Shown here: positions 39,785-48,906 of the stretch, piece after piece | How the letters are laid out: each line of letters begins with the position of its first letter | Position numbering within the stretch: the stretch's first letter is position 1 | Source: an uncultured Alphaproteobacteria bacterium | GTDB taxonomy: Bacteria > Pseudomonadota > Alphaproteobacteria > CAAHEQ01 > UBA3637 | Direction of reading: 5' to 3' | NCBI GenBank assembly: GCA_944392555.1 | Contig: CALXWZ010000001.1 | Coordinates: 65,810-129,809 of the forward strand | Length of the DNA: 64,000 bases | Translations under genes and position numbers: made by a program | Notes under the pieces: model-generated | The model's input: only the letters and a program-made list of their open reading frames with translations | Database searches by the model: none | Told to the model about the DNA's origin: nothing

Positions 39785-41509
39785 TCATGCGTATGATTTT
39801 GTGGACTTGAATGATGAAGCAATGCAATGTTTTCTCATATAGGAATCGTATTGTTTTTTCTGTTCGGGAAATTTCTTGAAATAGGCCGATAATTCGGCAT
39901 TACTTTGATATTTCCCGCCATACCGCATAAACACCTCGGCATTCCGCGGATTAAACAAAATGGCATACGTGACAGGTGTAATCCCGCTTGCATTGGGCCG
40001 ATTGAGCAAAGCTTGAACGGCTTTTTTATCGGAATACGTGAGTAATTGCTTGACCATTTGATTCATCACGGCTGAATCGTATATATTATCGGCTGCCAGA
40101 TGAAAAACAGTTTCCCCTGCCTGAGTATTGCCGAAACTTCCCGTCAATAGTGTGGGGTTCGCCCCTTGCTTCATTAAATTGGCAACAACGCCTACATGCC
40201 CGTGTTCAACGGCGGCTTCAAGTAATCGCGCTCCCGTTTCTCCTGTACTACGCGCTGTTTTGGTTTTAAAGCCTTGTGTGTTAATTTCACTGCCGAAGTT
40301 GAGCCAACTGCTCATACGTTCCAATTCCGCAGGTGTTTTATTCGGTGTGTAAAGAGCGTCCATCATTGCTTGATAGGCCGTTTTCGGCGACATAACAGGT
40401 GTTTTCCCGCCGGCTTTTACCCCTATGCCCGCCAGTTCCGCAGGTTTCGGTGTTTTGGGCAATGTTAAGCCACGCACGGCCGGAATAGGCGGTGCAACCA
40501 TTTCTTTTCCGCGGGGGCTTATCGGTTGCTCTAACACCACGCCTTCCAACAACTCCTTGATTTGATACATCACCTCAATTTGCGCGGCACTGCGTTGAGG
40601 ATCCGTACATGTACCAAAAAAGTGCAACCTACTTGCTTCGCGCGCTCTTGGAAATCCGGTTGATGTGTCCAGAGGAATAAATTGTTTATTTACTTCCGCA
40701 TCAAACCGCTTTTTTTCGGCAGTTGAAATATGTTCGGGTGACCAGTGTATCCCTTCCGCAATTTTTCCGCCGATGAGCCGTTCATTATTTTCTTTGCGAA
40801 TATAGGGACTCATTATCCGAACAAAATCATTGATCATTTCAGGCGTCGGTTTCTTCTCAGGTGTTGCAAAATACACATTCAACGTATCTATGCGATTTGT
40901 TGTGTGGCAATCTACCGGAGATTTATATTTCGCCCCGTATTTTTCGGCAAACGCATCCATCGCGTCTACCCATTCAGGCGTGCAATTAACATTTGCCGTT
41001 ATCCGAAAAGAGGTTGCTAATTTGCTCATTCTGTTTTGCTGATAAGATTCCGATGTTCTCCATAACCAAGGGTTATCATCGTCACCGGTTGAGGCCTCCA
41101 CTTTCCCCGTGTTCGTTAACATCTTATGATAGAATGAATCTTCTTGTGCAATGCTGGGAAGGGTGGAAAAATGAGCATGTCTTAAGAATTGATAGTAAGA
41201 ATCACTTAAATGTATCAACACGGCATTCGTTAGCGGAAGAGGCGGAAACTCGTCGGCATTTGTCAACGAAAAAACACTCTTTGGCTGAAACTTCATTTCA
41301 ATCGGTGCGGAATTTGTTTTCTCGGATTTCGCCTGTTGCGAAATATGCTTCGTAAGGATTTGCACGATATACGAGGCATAGGCCGATTTTTCGTTCTCCT
41401 CACCCATCTGTCTATGCAATTTTTTCCAAAAGCGAAGATAGTTGGCATCTTCCGCCCTGTGAGAATATGTTTTAAGCCCCAGTTCATTAAACAAATCTAT
41501 TAAGTGCAT
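39785..41509 (-). CDS. Ankyrin-repeat protein without a signal peptide (candidate effector)
   Basis: 574 aa. N-terminal ~130 aa carry ANK-like repeats (GARLLEAAVEHGHVGVVANLMKQGANP ... ETVFHLAA). Large unknown C-terminal domain. Last gene of a 3-gene minus-strand operon. Confidence 0.55.
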   Translation of the reverse strand: MHLIDLFNELGLKTYSHRAEDANYLRFWKKLHRQMGEENEKSAYASYIVQILTKHISQQAKSEKTNSAPIEMKFQPKSVFSLTNADEFPPLPLTNAVLIHLSDSYYQFLRHAHFSTLPSIAQEDSFYHKMLTNTGKVEASTGDDDNPWLWRTSESYQQNRMSKLATSFRITANVNCTPEWVDAMDAFAEKYGAKYKSPVDCHTTNRIDTLNVYFATPEKKPTPEMINDFVRIMSPYIRKENNERLIGGKIAEGIHWSPEHISTAEKKRFDAEVNKQFIPLDTSTGFPRAREASRLHFFGTCTDPQRSAAQIEVMYQIKELLEGVVLEQPISPRGKEMVAPPIPAVRGLTLPKTPKPAELAGIGVKAGGKTPVMSPKTAYQAMMDALYTPNKTPAELERMSSWLNFGSEINTQGFKTKTARSTGETGARLLEAAVEHGHVGVVANLMKQGANPTLLTGSFGNTQAGETVFHLAADNIYDSAVMNQMVKQLLTYSDKKAVQALLNRPNASGITPVTYAILFNPRNAEVFMRYGGKYQSNAELSAYFKKFPEQKKQYDSYMRKHCIASSFKSTKSYA

Positions 41510-41519
41510 AAAAACCTCC

Positions 41520-42293
41520 CTATCTTTGTGTGTGGTAATATGGCGCTAATGTTATCGGCTGTGAAAATTGAAAACGGCGGGCAAATCCCGTGTGTTTCAT
41601 CAATTCTTTCGCATACGCCATGGATTCATCCGTGCCGAGCGAACGTAAATACCGCGCATAGCGCTTGAATAAGCCTGTATCTTGAATATCAACACTGATT
41701 TGCGGAATATATCCATATCCCGAATAGATTAAGTTTTTCCGATACCCTTCATCCGTTTGCGGTTGAATTAAAAATGAAATCTGAATATCCCCTAATTCTC
41801 TGAGCGATATTTTCCCATCTATTAACTTATTTCTTTCTTGCGGGTTGAAAATTAAAACAATATCGGCCGTTATCGTATCTAACCCCATCAAGCCGAGCGA
41901 AATAAAAGGTTTGCGCAGAGCATCCGTAAAAGGTTGATAGCCTTGAACTGCTTGCACGATTTTTGCGCCGTAATGATTGCGCAACGTTTGTGGCACATTG
42001 ATTCGCATCCCTTGAAATTGCAAAATAATATCGTCTTCGTTTTTCCGAATAATCAGTTTATCTGTTTTTTGCGCGATTTTGAACTGTGGTAAAATAACAT
42101 CATACAAAATTAATCCACTGTTTAAAAATGGTTTTTCTTTGGAAGAATAAATAATATCGGGTTCTTTTAATCTCGCCTCTTTTAAAAACACATTTAAAGC
42201 CGATTGCGCCGCTAATCGCTGATACATCACAAAAAGCCCGAATGCCACAATTAAAATCAAAATAAAGATATAAACGATTTTAGTTGATTTCAT
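41520..42293 (-). CDS. Membrane-anchored hypothetical protein
   Basis: Start MKSTKIVYIFILILIVAF overlaps the upstream stop (ATGA). The track ORF extends to 42323. Confidence 0.5.
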   Translation of the reverse strand: MKSTKIVYIFILILIVAFGLFVMYQRLAAQSALNVFLKEARLKEPDIIYSSKEKPFLNSGLILYDVILPQFKIAQKTDKLIIRKNEDDIILQFQGMRINVPQTLRNHYGAKIVQAVQGYQPFTDALRKPFISLGLMGLDTITADIVLIFNPQERNKLIDGKISLRELGDIQISFLIQPQTDEGYRKNLIYSGYGYIPQISVDIQDTGLFKRYARYLRSLGTDESMAYAKELMKHTGFARRFQFSQPITLAPYYHTQR

Positions 42294-43828
42294 AGTTTCT
42301 CCCTGCAAATTGCGCGCGTGCATTCTTCGGCGCCGATAATGCGAATAACGCCTTGACCTGATTCTGTCTCTCCGTCGGGATAAGCATAATAGTATCCTTT
42401 AATAATGTGCCACCCTTCCGGCACGTATTTCCCTTCTAAATTCGTTGGAATCGGGCGGAGCGCATATCCCGTATTATCCATATTCATGGCATCAACATGC
42501 ACGGCAGCACGTGCAATCACGGGCGCATTCAATACTTTGCTGATTAAGAAGACGTTTGCCAACGGTTCAATCGTTTTTGAAATATCTCTCTCGGCGAATT
42601 GTTCTTGAAATCTATCCGAAAAACCGCGCTCATCTTTCTTCCTGAGTGGTTGCAGATAAGATTTTTTCGGCCGTGGGATTCTGAAAGTTTCGTCCTCGGT
42701 TGCATTCCCCCCTTGCTCGCCGTCTCCGCCGGAATTAAAATAAGCTGCCGCGTCTTGTGCCGCTTGTTCCGCTGAGGAAAGAGGCTTTTTACTTTGGGCG
42801 CTGGTTTTATTTTGTTGCGTTGCCGTTGTCGCCCTCTGTTGCGCTGTTTTGGCGGTATTGTCTTTGTTTGCGGATTTTTCAGTTGTGTCCGTTTCATCCG
42901 ATGCGGTTGTTTCATTATCGGGTGCGTCTTCCGTTACGGTATCCGTTAAAATTTCCACGGCGCTTTCCGGTATATCTTCCGAAGAAATCTCATCTGCTTC
43001 AACCAATTCGGCATTTGCAATGATTTTATCTTCCGCTTCCTTTGCTGATGTTGTTTCGCTCGGCTTTGTTTTCCCGAGGAACACGGAAAGCGTTTTTCCT
43101 TTTTCGGATTTAATTCTTAACGGTTTCGGAACGGCCCGCAATTCATCGGCGCGAATGATTTTATGGCGTCTGTTTTTCAAATTCATGCGCACAAATACGG
43201 CAATTTCTTCCTGTTTTGGGTTATCCGAGGAACTTAAAAAAAGCATTACTTGTTCATCCATGGGACACATTAACCGCACTTTGCGCTCAACATACGTAAA
43301 AATACGTTGCAAAAAGTGCGGATCGTCCAGTTTCTTAACATCATCTACAATCCCCAACACGCGCATCGGCGAACAAACACGAAAGGCAGGGTAGGTGCCG
43401 GATGATGTTTTTTGCGTAACCATTTGACCGATATAATGCATACCGCTCGGTTTATTTTCTCCGGGGAATTTAAAGGTTGCCTTTTGAATCCCCAATTCAT
43501 CCGAAAAACGATTAAATTCCACTTGTTTTAAGAATGAATCCCCTGTCCAATAGCCGTTTGAAAAATAGCCGTATAACTTTTCAATCGGCTTTGAAAAGGC
43601 ATTATATATCGTAATGTTGTGATACCCCGTTAAGGCTCCGCTTTCACCGCATTCTTCGCGATTCGTTTCGGCATACCAGCCACTGGTATTTTTCTCGGTT
43701 AAATAATTGATATAACACTTGTTATTTTGCGTATAAATGCGTTGTTCATCCAATAAAAACGATTCGGCAAAAGCGCTTGTGCCGATGAATGAGAGTGTTA
43801 AACCTAAAAGCAGCGTAAACTTTTTCAT
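42290..43828 (-). CDS. Secreted hypothetical protein with a Thr/Ala/Glu-rich low-complexity region
   Basis: Signal peptide MKKFTLLLGLTLSFIGTSAFA. The track ORF starts at 43873, but the Met at 43828 is the more likely start. Confidence 0.5.
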   Translation of the reverse strand: MKKFTLLLGLTLSFIGTSAFAESFLLDEQRIYTQNNKCYINYLTEKNTSGWYAETNREECGESGALTGYHNITIYNAFSKPIEKLYGYFSNGYWTGDSFLKQVEFNRFSDELGIQKATFKFPGENKPSGMHYIGQMVTQKTSSGTYPAFRVCSPMRVLGIVDDVKKLDDPHFLQRIFTYVERKVRLMCPMDEQVMLFLSSSDNPKQEEIAVFVRMNLKNRRHKIIRADELRAVPKPLRIKSEKGKTLSVFLGKTKPSETTSAKEAEDKIIANAELVEADEISSEDIPESAVEILTDTVTEDAPDNETTASDETDTTEKSANKDNTAKTAQQRATTATQQNKTSAQSKKPLSSAEQAAQDAAAYFNSGGDGEQGGNATEDETFRIPRPKKSYLQPLRKKDERGFSDRFQEQFAERDISKTIEPLANVFLISKVLNAPVIARAAVHVDAMNMDNTGYALRPIPTNLEGKYVPEGWHIIKGYYYAYPDGETESGQGVIRIIGAEECTRAICREKL

Positions 43829-43900
43829 TCTTTTATTATACTCTTCTTTTGTTTGATTGCAAGGAAATTTCAAAATCTTTTTTAATTAAATTCTAAAAAT

Positions 43901-44377
43901 TTATTCGTTCGGCGTATGTTTATTTTTTAAAAACGATAGAAACGCTTCGCATCCTTCCGTTATATCCCAGAATGTTTCATCAAAATTCCCCGTATACCAC
44001 GGGTCTTTAATATTGCGCGGATTTTGGGTAAAATCGAGCAATCGGAAAATCTTATGCTGATTATCAGGCCCTAGAAGTTGGTGCAAATCGGATATGTTTT
44101 GCGAATCCATGGCTAGGATATAATCAAAATGATTATATTCCTCTTTGCGGATTTGGCGTGAAAAATGTTCTTGAAAAGGGATATGCATTTCTTGCAAAAT
44201 TTGTTTCGTGCGCGGATGAATACCGGCATGACAGAGTTCATTATATTCTTCCGTGGCTCGTGATGCAATTTCAAATTCATCATCTAATCTGCGTTCAACA
44301 ACCATTTGTTTGAAAATAAATTCTGCCATGGGTGAACGGCAAATGTTGCCTAAACAAACAAATACAACCTTAATCAT
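43901..44377 (-). CDS. Low-molecular-weight protein tyrosine phosphatase
   Basis: P-loop VCLGNICRSPMAE (CX5R), and a DPY-like motif. Confidence 0.85.
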   Translation of the reverse strand: MIKVVFVCLGNICRSPMAEFIFKQMVVERRLDDEFEIASRATEEYNELCHAGIHPRTKQILQEMHIPFQEHFSRQIRKEEYNHFDYILAMDSQNISDLHQLLGPDNQHKIFRLLDFTQNPRNIKDPWYTGNFDETFWDITEGCEAFLSFLKNKHTPNE

Positions 44378-44575
44378 TTTTCACCTTTTGATTATGAATA
44401 TGTTTTTTCTTTTTTAACGGGGAAAATATAATTTTTCAAGTGATAATTATACGTTAAAGAAAATTTATATGAATAAAGTAGTTACAAAATAATAATTATT
44501 AAGATAACGATAAGGAAGTTTCTTATAAAAAATACCCGTCAAGTATTATTGGCGGATTTTATATTTAAAAACGAA

Positions 44576-44848
44576 TTATTTCACAGCTTTTTTCAAAACT
44601 GCACCGGCTTTGAATTTAGGTGCTTTTGAAGCCGGAATTTTGATGGCTTTACTGGTAGTAGGATTTCGACCTGTGCGAGCGGCACGTTTAGTCACTTCGT
44701 ATATGCCAAAACCTGTAATTTGAACAGATTCACCTTTTTTCAAAGCTTTTGTAATTACAGCGATAGAAGCATCAACAACAAGAGCTGTTTGAGTTTTTGT
44801 CACTCTGGTAGCTTCCGCAATGGTAGAAACGTATTCTGCTTTATTCAT
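44576..44848 (-). CDS. HU/IHF-family DNA-binding protein
   Basis: 90 aa. GFGIYEVTKRAARTGRNPTT matches the HU signature arm. Confidence 0.85.
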   Translation of the reverse strand: MNKAEYVSTIAEATRVTKTQTALVVDASIAVITKALKKGESVQITGFGIYEVTKRAARTGRNPTTSKAIKIPASKAPKFKAGAVLKKAVK

Positions 44849-44945
44849 TTTACCTTCTTTCGTTAATCAAAATTAATGCCAGAGATTATGATACCCTCAC
44901 AGGGATTAGATTGAAAATAAAGTCAAATGAAAAGCTGAATTTCTA

Positions 44946-45518
44946 CTACTCTTTTTCCTTCTCGTTATTTTTTGCGTGAGCTACGTTGGTAATAGCATTT
45001 TGCTTCGTAATACATTGAGGTTGACAATTAAATGGAAACTTTGAAATTTCCAAAATTTCAATCTTTAATGTTCCGATAGGGATAGAAACTGTTTTTATAT
45101 CCCCAACTCTAGCACCAATCAATGGGCGAACACGTGGAGCGGAATATGCAAATATCTTCTTATGAAGATCTTCTGCACCGAAAGGAACAATTCCTATGAT
45201 ATATTCTACACGAGTACCGGTTGTTAAATTTTTTTCAATTACCCTGACATTTGTTCCAGGAACAACTGTATCAGGATGTTCGCAAACAGAACTCTCATTA
45301 AATAATTGAAATTGAGAAAATTTACGATTTTCTTCAATAAGCTGGTTTTCGATCATTCTTTCGTCATGCATTAAATGATGATAAAATGGATTGTCGTGCC
45401 AACCATCCCCGCAATTTTCAAATGCATCTTTTTTATTTTTACGAATATCTGCTAATCTTTTATGTAAGTTATCTAACCGCTCTTTGCGTTTATTATAATA
45501 ACTGGAAGTAACAAGCAT
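44946..45518 (-). CDS. GreA/GreB-family (Rnk-like) transcription factor homologue
   Basis: C-terminal RVGDIKTVSIPIGTLKIEILEI resembles the Gre FKBP-like domain. GDGWHDNPFY resembles the Gre acidic-tip motif. AT-rich gene. Confidence 0.45.
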   Translation of the reverse strand: MLVTSSYYNKRKERLDNLHKRLADIRKNKKDAFENCGDGWHDNPFYHHLMHDERMIENQLIEENRKFSQFQLFNESSVCEHPDTVVPGTNVRVIEKNLTTGTRVEYIIGIVPFGAEDLHKKIFAYSAPRVRPLIGARVGDIKTVSIPIGTLKIEILEISKFPFNCQPQCITKQNAITNVAHAKNNEKEKE

Positions 45519-45567
45519 AATGTTATCCTTATAAAGTTTAATTTCTTCAGACTTTTCATTTTATTGC

Positions 45568-45597
45568 TTGACAAGTATATCGTTTTTTGATTAAGAT
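45568..45597 (+). promoter_or_regulatory. Sigma70-like promoter TTGACA-17-TTAAGAT
   Basis: Upstream of the P-loop / Ham1 / Nudix cluster. Confidence 0.45.
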
Positions 45598-45612
45598 AAA
45601 AAAAGGGGTAGC

Positions 45613-46251
45613 ATGTTAGAGAAAATTATCTTTATTGTGGGCCCTCATGGTGTGGGAAAGACATATCTAACCACACAAACACGGAAAGAATTAAATGCGT
45701 TGCATTTAGATTTAGGTTCTGTTATTCGACGGGTTCATCAAAAGGCAGAACCTCAAAAAACTCTTCTTGGTTGGTTGCATCAAGGAGAAGGAATATATGG
45801 TTCAAATTTTTCAGATATTGTTTTATGCCGAGAGATAAATGATGCTATAAGGAATCATTCTGAACAGGTATTGTTAATCACAGGAAGTCATTCTATTTCT
45901 GGAGTGGGATATATTTTAAATACCTTTTCAATTAAAAATTACGCTCTGATCTATTTAGATGCGCCAAACTCCTTGTTGAAATCAAATTATGAAAAAAGAG
46001 AAAATATTCGTCTTTCTCATAAAGAATTTGAAGGGATATTAGAAGCAGAAAATAAAATGGGATTGAAGGATCTAAAAAGGTATATATCACAAAACTCTCT
46101 AAATTCTTTTTATATTATGAACAAAGATAATTCTCCATTGCTTTTGAAAAAGTTGAAATCTATTATTTCGAAAATGGCGCCTCATTCGATTAAAATGGCA
46201 AAATTTGATTTTAGTTTATTGTTACAAAGGAGTAAAGGACATGAAAGATAA
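45613..46251 (+). CDS. P-loop NTPase (nucleoside/nucleotide kinase-like)
   Basis: Walker A GPHGVGKTY at the N-terminus. 212 aa. AT-rich. Confidence 0.55.
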   Translation: MLEKIIFIVGPHGVGKTYLTTQTRKELNALHLDLGSVIRRVHQKAEPQKTLLGWLHQGEGIYGSNFSDIVLCREINDAIRNHSEQVLLITGSHSISGVGYILNTFSIKNYALIYLDAPNSLLKSNYEKRENIRLSHKEFEGILEAENKMGLKDLKRYISQNSLNSFYIMNKDNSPLLLKKLKSIISKMAPHSIKMAKFDFSLLLQRSKGHER

Positions 46252-46819
46252 ATTAATATATTTAACAACAAACCCTCACAAAGTGGAAGAAGCGAATGAT
46301 TTTTTTATTAAAAAATATGGATTCAATATAGAAATTATGGATCCCACATTTGAGGTGTTGGAAATACAAGCCAAAACATGTTCTGAGGTTGTGGCATTTA
46401 GTGCTCGCTATGGGGCTGAAAAATTAGGCGTTCCGGTACTTAAATCAGATTCTGGTTTGTACATTGAAGCATTAGGTGGTTTACCGGGACCGTATAACGC
46501 CTACTTTGACAAGCAAATTGGAGTTGATTTGTTTTTAGAACTATTCAAAAATGTAAAAAATAGAACCGCAAAAATTGAGCACTGTTTCGCTTATTGCGAG
46601 CCGGGTAAAGAGCCCGTTGTTTTTTCTGGTGGTGGTACCGGACGAATTGCTCTTCAAGCTCAGGGAGAACGTGGTCGCTGGCATGACAAATTTTATATTC
46701 CAGATGGTGAAACAAAAACATTAAGTGAATTGCGTTCTATTGATCATGAATATGAAGCCCAGTTTTGGGGGCATGCGATTGATGATTTTGCAAAGTGGTA
46801 TATTCAAAATAAACGTTAA
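46241..46819 (+). CDS. Ham1/Maf-like non-canonical NTP pyrophosphatase (second copy in window)
   Basis: Start MKDKLIYLTTNPHKVEEA, then ..KSDSGLYIEALGGLPG.. Overlaps the upstream gene by 11 nt. The track ORF starts at 46205. Confidence 0.55.
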   Translation: MKDKLIYLTTNPHKVEEANDFFIKKYGFNIEIMDPTFEVLEIQAKTCSEVVAFSARYGAEKLGVPVLKSDSGLYIEALGGLPGPYNAYFDKQIGVDLFLELFKNVKNRTAKIEHCFAYCEPGKEPVVFSGGGTGRIALQAQGERGRWHDKFYIPDGETKTLSELRSIDHEYEAQFWGHAIDDFAKWYIQNKR

Positions 46820-46846
46820 AAAAATTCAAATATTTAAGGAGTAATT

Positions 46847-47158
46847 ATGTCTAAAAATCGGTTTCCGATTTATCCGGCTGCGAAGGTGCTAAATCCGCTA
46901 TATTCATTCAAATGTGAAGATTTAAAGCCCATTTTAAATGAGATAAGTGTTCAATATCCCTATCGTTTAGATGCAATGGCTATAAATCCAGCCGCCGTTG
47001 CCTATAATGAAGATTTGGTATTTAACCCCGGAGAAGTTACAATCTCTATTAATAAGTTTATAAAAACGAACCTCAGCCTTTTAGATTCTGAAAAGGGAGT
47101 TTTGGTCATTTCCAAAAGAACCAGAAGAAAGGCTTTTCCTCGAACAAATGCGGATTGA
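46847..47158 (+). CDS. Hypothetical protein
   Basis: 103 aa ORF with a GGAG ribosome-binding site. No recognisable motif. Confidence 0.4.
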   Translation: MSKNRFPIYPAAKVLNPLYSFKCEDLKPILNEISVQYPYRLDAMAINPAAVAYNEDLVFNPGEVTISINKFIKTNLSLLDSEKGVLVISKRTRRKAFPRTNAD

Positions 47159-47496
47159 TACCACCGCCAAGGATGAAATAGAAAAACTGTGTAGAACGGA
47201 TGGAATATCTGTCGTAGTATCACCGATATTCAAGGTTGGGTTTTGTAATAACTTTACATGAAAATATTTCTGTGATAAAATAATATGATTGTTAAATAGT
47301 GTGGTATTCTAATGGTGAAAAAAGATAAAAAAATTCAATGGATCAACTTCTTTTATCCACGGGTAATCTAAAAATAGATTAAAAGAAAAATCAAATAATA
47401 TTTTTTAAAAATACCGTAACAAGAAATGAAATTTTCATTTGATTTAAAAAAATTTTTTTATATAATAAGTAATCAAATGATGAAAGGGAGAAAGGT

Positions 47497-48009
47497 ATGA
47501 AATTGGTAAATGAAGCTCTTATGCGTACTCAAGATTGCTGTTTTCAAAATAAAAATGGGCAACGTTTTCGTCTGCGTGCCGCCGGGATAATTATTGAAAA
47601 TGATTGTGTTTTGGCAGCAACTAATGAACTAGAAAATTACTATTATTCAATCGGTGGAGCGATTCTTTTAGAAGAAACCGCTGAAGAGGCGGTTTTGAGG
47701 GAGGTTTTGGAAGAAACAGGAATTTCTTATGAAGTAGATAGGCTGGCATTTATACATGAAAATTTTTTTAAACGGAATGATGGGATGTTAAAAGGATTAT
47801 CGTGTCATGAGATAACTTTTTATTTTCTGATGAAACCCAAAGGAAACCAGGTTTTAAATAGTAATAGTTATACGAATGGAGTAAGAGAAGTTTTAAAATG
47901 GATACCTATAAAAAAGTTAACTGAATACGAACTGTATCCAACTTTTTTTAAAGAAAAATTAACAAAACTTCCACCCTATACTGAACATATTATAACAAAA
48001 CAGCCGTAG
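47497..48009 (+). CDS. Nudix hydrolase
   Basis: Nudix box GGAILLEETAEEAVLREVLEETGIS. Confidence 0.75.
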   Translation: MKLVNEALMRTQDCCFQNKNGQRFRLRAAGIIIENDCVLAATNELENYYYSIGGAILLEETAEEAVLREVLEETGISYEVDRLAFIHENFFKRNDGMLKGLSCHEITFYFLMKPKGNQVLNSNSYTNGVREVLKWIPIKKLTEYELYPTFFKEKLTKLPPYTEHIITKQP

Positions 48010-48085
48010 AACTGTCATTTATCGTTCTTGTGGTCTTTGAGAATAATTTAATAAAGTGGATTAGGGTAAGTTAAATTTTATAACG

Positions 48086-48420
48086 TCACAGTTTTTTTAT
48101 CATGTATTGTATATAGTCATTATTTTGAGGCTCTCCTTTAAAGCAACATTGGCTATAAATTCCAACACCGGCATGTGTAACAACTAATATATTTTTATTT
48201 TGAGCTTTAGGTAAAAGATCATTCCAAAAATCATATATTCTTTTTCTGAATACAGGTAACGGTTCAATATTAAATCTTTGCTCGTTTGGATCTGAGAAAT
48301 CTATAACAACAGATCCTTTTTGAACTCCTTCTAAAGTTCCATTGTAACGTTCAATCAGGCGAGTATCTATAATAATATGACCTTTATGGATAAATTGAGT
48401 CGTTTTATAAGCTCTTTTTA
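48086..48420 (-). pseudogene. Start-less open frame: possible 3' fragment of a histidine-phosphatase-family gene
   Basis: About 110-codon frame ending ..NILVVTHAGVGIYSQ..KKL*. No in-frame start before the upstream TAA. Lies next to repeat copy A. Confidence 0.3.
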
Positions 48421-48510
48421 ATGGGCATAAAAATACAAAATAGTTAAATAACAGATGAGGAAAACAAGGGCGGATAATGGGCTTTTATTGGGCTATAAAA
48501 AAATAAAAAA

Positions 48511-48536
48511 AGCGGAAATATGCACTTCCGCTTTTC
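48511..48536. terminator. Bidirectional hairpin terminator
   Basis: AGCGGAA-N8-TTCCGCT, with an A-run on one side and a T-run on the other. Confidence 0.55.
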
Positions 48537-48540
48537 GCGT

Positions 48541-48740
48541 TGGTCGGAATGGCGGGATTTATGCGTGTGATACCACACTTACCCGCTCGCGTTGCTCGGG
48601 GCCGCCTTCGGCATTAGTTTGCCGCTTTTTCGGCGTTCTTCGCCCGCCTGCGACTGCACTCGAACCCGCTTCCCCGCGGGTTCAATCCCCGCCCGATTAT
48701 TTATAAAAAAAGCCACCCAAACGGTGGCTCTTTTTTTAAA
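48541..48740. repeat. 200-bp repeat copy A, seeded with the tRNA-Pro 3' end
   Basis: Begins tggtcggaatggcgggattt, identical to the 3' 20 nt of tRNA-Pro at 54124. About 97% identical to copies B and C. Contains the GCCACCnAAACGGTGGC hairpin. Confidence 0.85.
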
Positions 48741-48906
48741 TGGTCGTCATTGCCAGAGATAATCTGGAAAAATATACCAGCTAAAACAATAGATTTAATA
48801 AAGCAATTTTATTATTGTTTTACAATAAGTTATTTAAATCAAGGAATGATGTGTGCAACATTCCAAATCCTGTCAAACTGTGGTGAACCATATTATTTGG
48901 AAGGCT

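Noticed and set aside
48455-48706. Track ORFs 48455-48706, 53698-53889 and 53907-54089 encoding near-identical 'GRNGGIYACDTTLTRSRCSGPPSALVC..' peptides
   Set aside because: They lie entirely inside the three 200-bp repeat copies. They have no ribosome-binding sites and show Pro/Arg/Ser-biased translation of GC-rich repeat DNA, so they are almost certainly spurious.
48541-48740. The 200-bp repeat unit as a complete tRNA gene or tmRNA
   Set aside because: Only the T-arm and acceptor 3' strand are recognisable. No matching 5' acceptor strand, D-arm or anticodon arm could be folded. It was kept as a repeat of unknown function.
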